From Scyliorhinus canicula (Eukaryota): a DNA stretch of 64,000 nucleotides. The DNA lies in NCBI RefSeq assembly GCF_902713615.1, contig NC_052163.1, positions 116,000,912 to 116,064,911 on the forward strand, in the 5' to 3' direction. The notes under the pieces were generated by a model that saw only the letters and a program-made list of their open reading frames with translations, searched no databases and was not told the origin of the DNA. A program made the translations under genes and the position numbers. Shown here piece by piece: positions 46,560 through 59,120 of the stretch (within the stretch, counting starts at the first letter, position 1; each line of letters starts with the position of its first letter).

Positions 46560-47130
46560 TCTTCAGCTCACTCGCTAACGAGCATGATTGTCCACCTCAG
46601 AAATTCCGTGTTACTGGTCACGTGTTTGGTGGCTCCCTGCGTAGCTGATGAGCCCAATCCTCGAGCCGCATCTTCGACCGCACACTTGACAGGTGGGATG
46701 GGTTCTTGGCCTCCACATCACTGATATTCCTTTCTCAGGCTCCTTTTCTGGGCCTCTTGCCGTCGGGTGCCCTGGAGAAATTGTGTCCCTTCAATCAGGA
46801 GGTTCTTCCAAGTAGGTCTCTTCTGTGCAAGAGTCTCCCTGGCATGATGTCTATCTTGTATTTATAGAGGTAAGCCTTCAGGGTGCCTTTGCAGTGCTTC
46901 CTTTCTCTTCCGGAGCCTTCCTTGAGCTAGGTGAAGAAGATTTGCATTGGCAGTCAGGACTCCGACAACGTAAGCATATGGGCGGCCGAGCGGAGTTGGT
47001 TTTGGATGATCCTGGGTTCAATACTGGGGCTATTGACTCCTTCAAGGACACTAATGTCAGCATGCCTGTCCTCCCAGCTGATTCAGAGCCAAAGTACATT
47101 TGGATATTGCAATGTATTTCAAGCTATGCT
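46560..47130 (-). mobile_element. RTE-clade LINE 3' fragment
   Basis: Minus-strand CQVCGRRCGSRIGLISY C-terminal motif, related to the RTE at 7.3-9.5 kb. Confidence 0.65.
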
Positions 47131-48191
47131 GTTTAAGACTCTCCCTGATGTAATGTTGATCCTCACAAGCCTTTGTGATTACTTCAAATGCTTTAGCAAA
47201 GTTTAATGCCTTAGGCTAATGTATGCAAGCCTCTGTAAATTAATATGAACTATTTCTCTGACAGGTATTGCAGAATCCAGTGCAGATTCAAAACCCATAG
47301 TCATGCTACACCTCTCCTGGCGTATCACACTTATAGCTTGGCTTCTTAAAGTCCTTGAAGTTCTTATGAGGCTTTGATGTAGGTGCAGGGACCATGAGAA
47401 GAGTCAGGAATCATCTCCACCTGGCGAGACAGCAAATCAGTTACCCACCGAGTAACAGTGTACAGGCAAAGGACATCATATGAAATGATGTCAGAGGAGA
47501 TGTGTGCCAGGAGACTGCGCTCCAGCAAGGAAACAATGGGAAGCCTTTGTGAAACGTTGAAGGAAGACCTGAAGCTGAACTCTAATTGCCGCAGTGCCTT
47601 AACAGTGAAGATAAAACTCACGACTGTTAACGCGACATTAGTGACACATGTAACATTTCACAGAATGCTGCGAGAATCTGAATTCACAAAGTAATGAATG
47701 TAATTTATCCTAAGGCTTCAGAGCTCATTATTTTTGACGCAACCCCTCTGAAGATGAAGGAGAGATCCATCGCTTTCTACAGCATTACTGGTTTCCCAAA
47801 AGCAATCAGGGCTGTTGATGGAACACATATTGCATTGAAAGCAGCTAGAAATGACACTGTTTAATTCACCAACGGGATGGAGTTCCATTTTTAAAATGTG
47901 ATGATGGTGTGTGTTGCACAGATGATGATCCTCATTGTAAATGCAAACAACCGGGGAAATGGCCCATGGCTCATTTGTCTTTCAAAGCTCAATGTTGCAC
48001 CGGTTCCATGACAACACCACCCGGAATTAAAGGCTGGTTACTGGGAGATAAGCCATTGGGAACATGGCTTATGACACCATTCCGGAGGACCAACAATGAA
48101 ACACAGGGATGATAAAACCGTGCGCACGTAGCAACACGTCAGGTACCATTGGTCTTTTGAAGTCACGTTTTCGATGTCTGGACAGGTCAGG

Positions 48192-48316
48192 ATGTGGAGA
48201 TGCCGGCGTTGGACTGGGGTGAGCACAGTAAGAAGTCTTACAACACCGGGTTAAAGTCCAACATGTTTGTTTCAAACACTAGCTTTCAGAGCACTGCTCC
48301 TTCCTCAGGTGAATCA
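48192..48316 (-). mobile_element. 125-bp Penelope-derived insertion carrying a hammerhead motif, inside the Harbinger transposase
   Basis: Flanked by the direct repeat AGGTCAGG (48184-48191 and 48317-48324); removing it restores RFRCLDRSGGTLQY. Confidence 0.8.
48271..48313 (-). ncRNA. Minimal type-I hammerhead ribozyme motif
   Basis: TTCAC-CTGAGGA-A-GGAGC-AGT-GCTCT-GAAA-GCTA^GTG: CUGANGA/GAAA core, stem II, palindromic AGCT stem III, stem I CAC/GTG. Confidence 0.6.
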
Positions 48317-48797
48317 AGGTCAGGGGGCACGTTACAGTATGCACAATCACAAAGATTTCTATAGTGTGTTGCGCATTGCACAACTTTGTCATTCAGCATG
48401 GACTGAGCATTCACCTGGACGATGTCTTGCCACCACAAATGGACGAGCTGGAGGAAGGTAATATGGAGCCTGATACAGGCATACCCCCTGGTGCAGGTGT
48501 GCAAGCCCAGGTGACACAAGGGCCATTCGAGATCACCAGGCAGCTGCTGTGTTCGGACATTGAGCTTGTAAAATTAACAGTGGATAAGTCAAAAACTTCC
48601 TCCCTCCTCATCTCGCTCCCTCCCTCCACTCCTCTTGCCTCCCTCCCGTTATCCCTCTCCCCTCTTCCCTTCTCCTTCCCTTCCTCTTCAATTGCTCCCT
48701 TACCTCCTTCATCCACTTTACAAATAGACAGAACCCGTTGTGTTATGTGGAAAAATATATTTTATTCACCATTGTGTTGAAGTGAGAAAATATATTT

Positions 48798-51700
48798 GGG
48801 GATTTTTGGTGGCTGCTATGGAGTGAACGGTTACACATTTGGGAGCTCCTGCTTGAGGTGGATTTTTTTCGGTCCTTTCCCCATTTGAAGGGTGGAATTT
48901 TGGATTGAAAAAGGTGTAGGAGTTCCAGGAGAACATGTGACTCCTCTGGTGTGGCTGGTGGATGGATCCACGGACCAGGAGTGGGTCGAGAAGAAGAGAG
49001 CTGGTGGAGCAGGAGAATCTTCGTGCGCCAAAGGTCAAGATGGCGGAGGGCAAAGGGCCTGACCTCCCCGCCCAGTGGTCAACAGAGCAGCTGGTGGACC
49101 TCTTTTTTTTCTTTATTAAAAGTTAGACTACCCAATTCATTTTTTCAAATTAAGGGGCAATTTAGGGTGGCCAATCCACTTACCCTGCACATCTTTGGGT
49201 TGTGGGAGTGAGACCCACACAAACATGGGGAGAATGTGCAAACTCCACACGGACAGTGACCCAGAGTCAGGATCGAACCTGGGACCTTGGCACCGTGAGG
49301 CAGCAGTGCTAACCACTGCACCACCGTGCTGCCCACTGGTGGACTTCTTCAATGAGAAGTTCAGCCAGCGAGAAGGGAAGAGAAGCTCAGGAGGACCTGG
49401 CCAAGGTGGTAGAGCCACTCAAAGCAGGGATTGATCGTGTGGAGCAGAGGCTGGAGTCCCGAGGCCAGGCGATCCAGAAAATGGAGGAGACAGTAGGAGA
49501 GCACGAGGAGCAGCTCGCCTCATTGGCGGCCAAGATGGGGGTGATGCGGGAGACCCAAAAGAGGCAGAAGGAGACGGTGGAGGATCAGGAGACAAAAGAC
49601 AAAACCTGCAGATCGTGGGAATGCCCGAAGGCATTGAAGTAGCGGAGGTTGGCACGCATGTGGCCTAGATGTTGGAAAAGCTGATGGGGGAGGAGGCCTT
49701 TGACCGGCCCGTGTAGGTTGACTGAGCCACAGGCGGGCAAGCCGGCAAGGGCGATGGTGGTATGGCTGCACCGCTTCTTGGACAAGGAGAAGATTCTGCG
49801 GTGGGTGAGGCAGAAGAGGATGTGCACCTGGGAGGGGAACGAGCTGCGGGTTTACCAAGACCTGGGCACAGAGCTGGCAAAGAGGAGGGCCGGTTCAACT
49901 GGGTCAAGGCTTCACTCTTCAAGAAGGGGTGAAGTTTGGAGTCCTGTACCCGGCCCGTCTCTGGGTGACTTTCCAGATTTAAGAGTACAATTTTGGGATG
50001 CCTGAGGAGGCGACGGAATGGACTGGCAGGAGAAGGAAGACAATGAACTTTTGAGGAGGTGCGAGGAGGTGTTTCCTTTTGGTGGTTGTTGGAGAGCTTT
50101 TATTCTCCGTCTGGTTGTTTTGTTGGGCTTGGTGGTGGGGTGCTTGGGGAGTATTAAGGGTGAGTGCATCTTTTTCCATTCCATTGTTTCTTGATGGATT
50201 GCGGACGGGGGCCAGGGAGTGCGGACGGGGGCCAGGGAGAGGAGTCGGGGGAGGAGTTTGGGGGGTGGTTGGGAGGCTTTGGGCAGGGCCTACCATGTTA
50301 GCTGGGTGGGAGCAGAATGGGGGGTGGTCATGTGGTCGGTGAAGGACAGGGATGGGGTTGTTGTTTGTTTTGGGGGAGGGGGTGCTGACAAAGGTGTGGT
50401 CGCGGTGGCCCAGTTCAAAAGGGAGCGATGACGGTAGACATCCGAGGGTTGGCCTGGAGGGTCGTGTGACACGGGCCGGGGGCAGGCCCAAAAAGGGATG
50501 TGGCTGATCGGGAGGGGAGAGGACCGCAGCCCCCCCACCAGGCTGGTCACGTGGAATGTGAGAGGGCTGAATGGGCCGGTCAAACAGTCACTTGTGTTTG
50601 CGCATCTGAGGAGTCTGAAGGCGGACGTGACTTTTTTATAAGAGGTGCATTTAAAGATAGGGCACCAGACGAGGCTCGGGAAGGGATGGATAGAACGGGT
50701 ATAGTGCGGGGTGGACCCATGGAGGTTTTTTTTTTCAGCCCCCCCCCCCTTTTTTCAGACTATTATGGCCGTAGGCTGACCCATGGAGGTTTTAGAGGCC
50801 AAGGGCAAAGGAATTTTCATATTTTTCCCATGTGCACTGGGTGTATTCCTGGATTGACCTTTTTGTAGTGGACAAGGTGTTGCTGGTGTGGGTGGTTGAC
50901 TCGGAGTATTCGGTGATTGTGGTCTCAGACCACACACCGCACTGTTTGGATTTGCAAGTGGATTGTGGGGGTGGGGAGTGGGGGTGGGGGAGGGGGGGAG
51001 AGTGCCCAGAACCCGCAGTGGAGGTTGGGGGGGGGGCGTGTCCAGCGCCCGCAGTGGAGGTTGGTTGTGGGGTGGCTGGTGGACGAGGAGGTGTGCGAGC
51101 GGGTGAGGGCTACCAGGGAAAAGTGGAGCACAATGATATGGGGGTGTCACAGCTGCCACGCTGTGGGAGGCACTCAAGACGGTAGTTAGGAGGGAGTTTA
51201 TTTTGATTCGGGCACACAGGGAGAAGGCGGAACGTGCAGAGATGGCATGGATGGTGGAAGAGGTTCTGGACAGGACGTACTCGGAGGCCTCAGAGGCAGG
51301 GTTGCTGGGGACAAGCAGAAGCTCCAGATGGGGTTTGGAATGGTGTCCACGGGGATGGTAGTAGGGCAGTTGCGGAGGGCCGGGGGGCAGTGCTTGAGTA
51401 CGGGGAGAAGGTGAGCAGGATGCAGGCCCGCCAACTTAGGAGACAGGAGGCGGCGAGAGAGATTGGCAGAGTGGAGGACGGGATGGGAAGGTGGTGCTGG
51501 ACCCGGTGATTGGGGTGTTTGAGCAGTTTTCTAGGAGGTTATATGAGTCAGATTCCCCAGTCGGGTTGGGTGGGGGGGCAATGGAATGCGGCAGTTTCTG
51601 GGTTGGAGTTCCCCAGGGTAGACGAGGAGCTGTTGCAGAGATTGGGGGCCCCCATTGGGTTGAAGGAGATGATGGAGAGTATGGGGGCGATGCAGGCGGG

Positions 51701-53059
51701 GAAGGCCCCGGGCCCGGATGGGGGCCGGAATTCTCTGACCCCCCGCAGGGTCAGGGGATCGCCCAGGGCCGACGTAAGTCCCGCACCCGCCGTGGCTGGA
51801 ATTCTCCGCCACCCGGGAATCGGCGGGAGCGGGAATCAGGCTGTGCCGATCGGCGTGCCCACCGCGGCGATTCTCCGACCCGCAATGGGCCGAAGTCCCG
51901 CCGCTGACAGGCCTCTCCTGCCGGCGTGAATTGGAGCATCTCTGGTGATGGCGGGATTTGCGGTGCGAGCGGGCCCCCGGGGTCCTGGGGGGGGCGCGGG
52001 GCGATCGGACCCCAGGGGTGCCCCCACGGTGGCCTGGCCCGCGATCGGGATCACCGATCGGCGGGTGGGCCATTGCCGTGGGGGCACTCTTTTTCTTCCG
52101 CCGGCTCCACCATGGCGGAGGCGGAAGAGACGCACGCCGACTGGCACCAAAACCAGCGCCAACGGCCGCTGACGTCTCCACCGGCGCATGTGCGAACCGG
52201 CGAAGGCCATTCGGCCAGCCCCGATGCTGGGCGGCGGGCGTCAAAGGCCGTTAGCGCCGGTTTTGGCACCAGTCGGCGTGGCGCCAACCACTCCGGCACG
52301 GGCCTAGCCCCTAAAGGTGCGGATAATTCCGCACCCTTGGGGAGGCCCAACGCCGGAGTGGTTGGCGCCACTCCGCTACGCCGGGACCCCCCCGCCCCGC
52401 CGGGTAGGGGAGAAACCCGGCCGGGTTCCCAGTGGAATTTTAGAAAACGTTTGGGAGGGATCTCGGGCCCCTGCTGGTGAGGCATATAACGAGGCTAGGG
52501 AGAGGGGGGAGCTCCCCCCTACACTATTGCAGGCGTCCATGTCCCTGATACTGAAGAAAGATAAGAATCTGGAACATTGCGGATCCTACCGCCCAATATC
52601 GTTGTTAAATGTGGATGTTGGCTTCGCGAATTGAAGACTGTGTTCTGGGGGTGATAGGTGAGGACCAAATTAAGTTTGTGATGGGGAGGCAGTTTGGCAA
52701 ATGTGAGGAGGTTTCCTGACGTGATTATAAGGGGCAGGAATTTTAAGTGGCAGTGGCGATGGATACGGAGAAGGCTTTCGACCAGGTGGAGTGGGAATAT
52801 CTGTGGGAGGTGTTGGGATGGTTTGGGTTTGGACAGGGGTTTGTGGATTGGGTCCAGTTGTTTGGGTTCTTCAAGGAGAATTGAGGTTTCAGCAGAGGGG
52901 GAAGGGGGTAGAAGGGGGTTAAAATGGGGGAGGCAGGACGGGAGGAGGGAAAGGGTGGGGGATGTTGGAGTGCTGGTTATTTATTATGTTGTACAATTGT
53001 GCTTCTGCTCTTATTTGTTTTGTTTGTTTATATAAATGCCTTAATAAAATATTTTTTTA
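48798..53059 (+). mobile_element. L1/Tx1-like LINE with 5' UTR, ORF1 and partial ORF2, internally deleted; carries a nested SINE and MITE
   Basis: 18-bp TSD AAGTGAGAAA(A/T)TATATTT at 48780-48797 and 53060-53077; ORF1 coiled coil and RAMVVWLHRFLDKEKILR...LRVYQDL; endonuclease LVTWNVRGLN and SDH; RT GKAPGPDG, YRPISLLNVD, EKAFDQVEW; AATAAA near the end. Confidence 0.88.
51723..52422. mobile_element. Harbinger-type MITE inserted in L1 ORF2
   Basis: TIR GGCCGGAATTCTC / GAGAAACCCGGCC; TSD GGG; removing it restores GKAPGPDG-FPVEF. Confidence 0.85.
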
Positions 53060-53969
53060 AAGTGAGAAATTATATTTTATTGCAAGAAATTTGTAAAAGT
53101 TGAGGTAGGTATTAAACAAAAGTCATTGTTCAGCTGTTAAAGTTAAACGTTAAGTTAAATGTTAATTGGTTTCAAAATTTGGTATTTATAAAATTATTTT
53201 TGTTAATAAATGTTTTGCATTGAACTTTACAAACTCCTGCAAATGTTTTATTCAAACATCAAAACACAGCATTTAAATATCAGGTCATTTTAAACTTAGT
53301 AACATAATTCATAGAATTTACAGTACTGAGGGAGGCCATTCGGCCCATCGAGTCTGCACAAGCCCTCGGATTGAGCAGCCTACATAAGGTCACACCTCCA
53401 CCCTATTCCCGTAACCCAGTAACCCCACCTAACCATTTTGGACACAAAGTGGCAATATAGCATGGCCAATCCACCTAACCTGCACATCATTGGACTGTGG
53501 GAGGAAATTGAGGCAGACAAAACAGAAATGATAAACACAAATTTAAAAAAAATCAGATGTTACAAGGACAGGGACAGCTAAAAGCAAAAAGCACCAGGGG
53601 ACACTTTTTAAATCTTAAAACCAGGTCAGAACCATCTTGTAACAACATTTTATGACCCCTTCTGTGGGTCTGTAAGGAGACGCTGTTATTTACAATTTGC
53701 CCTGCTTCAAGAATCTCCATTGTCCGTGGTCCTAGATGTTCTTCCCAACTAAATTTTCAGTTGTCATAATCTAAATTAAAACGTGAACACTTTTAAGCAG
53801 GCCACACATAAAGTTATATAATAATAGAGTGCAGATTTAAATAGTTTCACAGATTTAAAACTAATAACAAAACCCATGTTGACTCATAAATAAATAATAA
53901 TCACCTTTGACCATAAAAAATTAAAAATTACTTAAAAGAACCCAATAACAATAATACTGCCTGTATAAA

Positions 53970-54315
53970 GGGGCAGCACGGTAGCATTGTAGTTAGCACA
54001 ATTGCTTCACAGCTCCAGGGTCCCAGGTTCGATTCCCGGCTTGGGTCACTGTCTGTGCGGAGTCTGCACATTCTCCCCGTGTGTGCGTGGGTTTCCTCCG
54101 GGTGTTCCGGTTTCCTCCCACAGTCCAAAGATGTGCAGATTAGTTGGATTGGCCATGCTAAATTGCCCATAGTGTCGAAAATTGCCCTTAGTGTTGGGTG
54201 GGTTTACTGGCTTATGGGGATAGGGTGGAGGTGTGGACCTTGGGTAGGGTGCTCTTTCCAAGAGCCGGTGCAGACTCGATGGGCCGAATGGCCTCCTTCT
54301 GCACTGTAAATTCTA
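53970..54315 (+). mobile_element. V-SINE
   Basis: Head, core and tail as above. Confidence 0.85.
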
Positions 54316-55381
54316 TGTAAAAGATGGAGCAAAAAAACCTGTTAAAAAACACTTGTAAAACTTGCTGCTTGTTCTCTTCAATACCAACCTGCAGTTTAAA
54401 TCCCTGACATCAATGGGTGTTGCTGTAGCTGCTGCGTCACGCGAGGTGTGGTTACGTTGAAACTGCGCCACGCTGGAGCCTGCGAAGAGTGTTCCGCTGG
54501 AGGCCCGAGGCTGCCGCTGGAGGCGGAAAATTCGCCCCTATTTCTGATCGCAGGCAAGTAGCCACATTTCTCTCTCAGTATCGGCGGGCCATGACCTCCT
54601 GTCGATACTCGGAAGTTACTCGGCCGTGGATCTGGCTGAACAATGACTGTTTATTGGACGAACATAACTAGATTCAGTTATACTGCAACTGTTACTCAGG
54701 GGGCCATGAGCTTTCTCCTTTACTCTTGATCACGCGTGCCTCTCTCACATCATCATTTAAAAAAAATTCCAATTAAACTGCAATTTAGCGCGGCCAATCC
54801 GCCTACCCGTCACATCTTTGGGTTGTGGGATGAGACCCAAGCGGACACGGGGAGAATGTGCAAACTCCACACGGACAGCGACCACAGACCAGGATCGAAC
54901 CCGGGTTCTTGGCGTCGTGAGACAGCGGTGCTAACCACTGCGCCATCGTGCTGCCCTCTCATCATCATGTGGGCAGTACTGTTTGTAGGTCCCTCACATT
55001 AACCCTTGAACACCCCAATACTACAACTTCCGGACTATCTCCAGCCGGTTTTGGCAACCCTACGAGAGGGAGAGGGTGACTAGGAAGCCACTGGAGCTAC
55101 TCTTCCCACAATCCACCTCAAATACAGCCTGGGTCCTTTCCACAAACACAAACAGACCCACTTTGTACATCGACGTGTGTGAGCAGCTACAAATTTCACA
55201 TCCATTTACTTGAGAAGGCAGGCGCACAATCCTACGCAAAGACGAACCAGTTAGATCTGTGTGACACTGGGAAATGTTTTTTAATTGTTCAGCTCACCAC
55301 ATGATGGTGCTATTCCCCTTTCCTGAAGCAGTGCTGCAGAGATAGATTGAAGGCAAATCTGCCGTTGAGAATGAACTAAAC

Positions 55382-56086
55382 CAGACATTGTCAAACTCGG
55401 TGGCGCGACCCGCGGGTGGGTCGCAGGTGGATGTCGGGAGGGTCGCGGAGCTGTCCGTCGTGGCGTTCCCTTTCGCGCAAATCTGCACGCAACAGCCGCA
55501 GCAGTCGGCTGTTAATAACGCCGGCTGCAAGCGACTTTCAAAATGGCTGCGAACATGTAAAAACATGCGGCCGCACTGCGCATGCGTGCCAGATCATCGA
55601 CGCGCATGGGAAAAACTATGTGCATGCGCGCCGATAATCGGGCACGCATGCACAGTGCTGCCGCTTTTTTTTTTACACAGTCGCAGCTTTTTGTTCACTT
55701 TATTCATTTATTTTATTCATTTTATTTTTATTTTTTTCATTTATTTTGTTCATTTTATTTTTATTTATTTCATTTATTTTATTCATTTTTTTTACAAGTT
55801 CAGTGGGGGGGGGGGGGGGGGGTTTATTTGATAACATTCTACAGGAAAAAAAAATGCAGAACTTTGGACAGCTGGAGACTCCATACTTTCCAACACCGGG
55901 AGGCTTCGCCTTCATCCAACAGGCTCTATTGGAGGAGGGCCAAAGGGACCCAAAACCATTTCCTAAGAGAAATTGGTGGGCCGCGCAGGTCAGCCGGTGT
56001 GGGCCACGAAGGTCGGCCGGGTTGGGTACCATAGGTTGGCCGGTTGGTAAAAATGGGTCCCCGGAAAAAAAGTTTGAAAAACACTG
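55382..56086. mobile_element. Non-autonomous hAT DNA transposon (705 bp)
   Basis: Perfect 8-bp TSD AACTAAAC (55374-55381 and 56087-56094); TIR CAGACATTGTCAAACT versus reverse-complemented right end CAGTGTTTTTCAAACT (12/16). Confidence 0.9.
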
Positions 56087-57399
56087 AACTAAACTATGGG
56101 CAAGGGTTCTGAATCTGGAGTAGGCTGACAGTGTTCACAGTGCCATGAGTGTCAGAGAACCCCAAATCCGCTGTGTCACTGTCAGTGCGGAGCCTGCACG
56201 TTCACCCTGTGTCTGCGTGGGTTTCCTCCGGGTGCTCCGGTTTCCTCCCTCAGTCCAAAGACGTGCAGGTTAGGTGGATTGGCCACGCTAAATTGCCCGT
56301 AGTGTCTAAAAAGGTTAGGAGGGGCTATTGGGTTACAGGGCTAGGGTGGAAGAGAGGGCTGGGTCGGTGCAGACTCGATGGGGCCGAATGGCCTCCTTCT
56401 GCGCTGTATGTTCTATATTCTATACGAGTATATGATGAGGCGGTTGAGGGGGGGATCCTTAACTAAGTTCATGTGCCTTTGTATAAATAAGAATCGGCCA
56501 GTCAGGCACCGACTAGGGAAATACCGGAGCTGTACATAATAGTTAATGTGTTAAATAAAATAAATTTTGTTTTTCCCTACAACTCGATGTGGACTCCTTT
56601 CATTGCCCCTTACAAAACACCGGCCCCCTCATGCCCCCCACACCCACCCACTGGCCGAACTGCTTTCCTTTAGTGTGCCCCTCGCACCTGAATGGAGCCG
56701 GACAAAGCTGTCCGGGCAGAGTCAGTCTCCCCAGTGGCTGCCCGGAGAAATAGATATAAACGGGATCCCGGGAAGCTATCGTACGGGACACGTGACAGTA
56801 AGGAATGTTCTAGGATAGTCCTGTAAAATACAGGATGGTTAGTCACCCTGGTGCCCCCAAGAGGACAGATGGGATCTTGGTTTAATGTCATACAAAGGTC
56901 AGCACCCTCAACAGTGTTGCAGTTCCTCGGTGCTACCACTGGGAGTGTCAGCCAGGGATTATGTGTTCCGCTCCCTGGAGTGGAACATGAACCTCTTGCG
57001 TTCTTACTCGGAGCTGGGAATTCTACCCACTGAGACACAGTTAATGTTTAAATAAGAGAGGCTGGGGACGGGAGATTGTATTAGGGTGGGAGGGGTGATA
57101 ATATGTGGGACAGATTACGAGTGGAAAGGGTGGATGAGAAGATTATGGAGCAGTTCACAGAAACGGAATCAATCCCTGGACTGAAGAGGGTTAGTTCGAG
57201 AAACACAGTAAAGGAATTAAATGGGAGGTGTGGTACAGGGGATAGGCTGACAGAGTGGAAAAAATGTACAGGCTGAAAATAGGAACTACCAAATAAAGCC
57301 CTGGTTCAAGTGAACACAGTAACTCATTATCGTTATATGGAACTCTGTGATTACCCATCTTCAGGAGCTATCACATTTACACACAAGGAAATATATTTA

Positions 57400-57625
57400 A
57401 AAAAAAAATAAATTTAGAGTACCCAATTATTTTTTCCAATTAAGGGGCAATTTAGCGTGGCCAATCCACCTATCCTGCACATCTTTGGGTTGTGGGGGTG
57501 AAACCCACGCAGACACGGGGAGAATGTGCAAACTCCTCACGGACAGTGACCCAGAGCCGGGATTCGAACCCAGGTCCTCAGCGCCGTAGGCAGCAATGCT
57601 AACCACTGTGCCACCGTGCTGCCCC
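57400..57625 (-). mobile_element. Short V-SINE
   Basis: Flanked by the direct repeat CACACAAGGAAATAT (~57382 and ~57626). Confidence 0.85.
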
Positions 57626-58736
57626 CACACAAGGAAATATGACCATGCTATGAACATGTAACTTCGAGACAGTAGTGATCAGCTTTGCAGCAGGATGAAT
57701 AATGAAGAAAGAGGCCGTCAGACTGCATAATGGGCCAATAGCTGGTCAGACAAGAGTGCTTCAGAGGACAATGAAATGAAAATGAAATGAAAATCGCTTA
57801 TTGTCACAAGTACGCTTCAAATGAAGTTACTGTGGAAAGCCCCTATCTTGATGGATCTTGATTGAATCACCCTGGCTGAACAGGAGTATCCTGTTTATTT
57901 CTATTAATGAGTTTAAGTCTGAATGGGACAATAGATCTGAGGCATGTGTGTGTGTGCGCATCATGACCAATGCTCTCAGAACCTGGATAAAAGAAGGAAC
58001 ATTGGAACACATCATCAGCGACAACCTGGGAACCCCCGGGAACAACCATAATTGAAGAGGAGCCCTGAGTTCGAAGCTCAGCGAAGAAGATATCCACACC
58101 GAGTGATCTTGGCCTCGCCGGCCTCTTTTGCTATGGCAGGTAATATCTAGAGCTCATCTGTGAGTCTGAGTCATATCCTGTGTAATTGATTGTGAAGATT
58201 GTAATACCCAAATAAAATAAAGTTACAGTACACAGTATATGTTTTCTTGTGCCTGTCCAAGCTGATGAAGAAAGCTTTTCTCTGGCAACAGAGGTTTGGA
58301 AGAGTCGGTTTCATGGAAAGACAGCCTTTTCTCACGTCTAAAATATATTGTGTAACAAAGTGGGGCTGGACAAGGGCTTTTGAGAGCTCAGGATCTACAA
58401 TAGGGGCAGAACTTTAAGAAGTTATACAAAATGTCAGAATCTTGGAGAAAACATGGCCTTTAATGAAGAACAACTCCGAGCCTGTGTGGATAAAAAGCAA
58501 GAAAGTAGTTCAGTTGAGGAGGGGAGTTTGGAGAGGAAGGAGCTGAAAGTGAGAAGTTGCAGACTGGAAAGTAATCCCTGTTACTGCATTGCTGAACTTA
58601 AAGACACAAACGTCATGGCCGAATAGATCTCTATTGTTGGACAATCTGGTTTGCGTGACTACGTGATCATTGCTTCCTATGCCTGACTCGCCTTGTCACA
58701 GTTACACCATCATAGCCACGCAAAATCCAGAACAAG

Positions 58737-59120
58737 GCAATGCAACCAGTGGTTAGCACTGCTGATTCACAGCACCAGGGACCAGGGTTCTATTCCAGTC
58801 TTGGGTGAATGTGTACAATTTGCACGTTCTCCCCATGTCTTGACCCAGATTCCATTCCTGCCTTGGGTGACTGTGCAGTTTGCACGTTCTCCCAGTGTCT
58901 GCATGGGTTTCCTCCAGGTGCTTTAGTTTCCTCCCACAGTCCAAAGATGTGCAGGTTGGATGGATTGACCATGCTAAATTTCCCCTTGGTGATCAAAAGG
59001 TTAGGTGGGGTTCCTCGGTTATGGTGATAGGATGGGGCCAGGGGGTGGGCCCAGCTGGGTTGCTTTTTTGGAAATCGGTGCAGACCCGATGGGCTGAATG
59101 GCCTCCCTCTGCATTGTGGG
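58737..59120 (+). mobile_element. V-SINE with an internal duplication
   Basis: CTTGGGTGA...TTTGCACGTTCTCCC segment occurs twice. Confidence 0.75.

Larger units (their letters stand above)
47300..48560 (+). pseudogene. Decayed PIF/Harbinger DDE transposase (HARBI1-like)
   Basis: YRQRTSYEMMSEEMC.RRLR; GFPKAIRAVDGTHIAL (~47790-47838); WLLGD; TIGLLKSRFRCLDRSGG; CCALHNF; multiple stops and frameshifts. Confidence 0.85.

Noticed and set aside
47300-48560. Domesticated HARBI1 gene
   Set aside because: Multiple stops, frameshifts and an insertion indicate a dead transposon copy
51491-52485. Several 100-237 aa overlapping ORFs
   Set aside because: A GC-rich MITE inside L1 ORF2; stop codons are scarce because of base composition
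58258-58290. CTGATGA hammerhead-like core
   Set aside because: No stem II between the core and GAAA and no closing stem I
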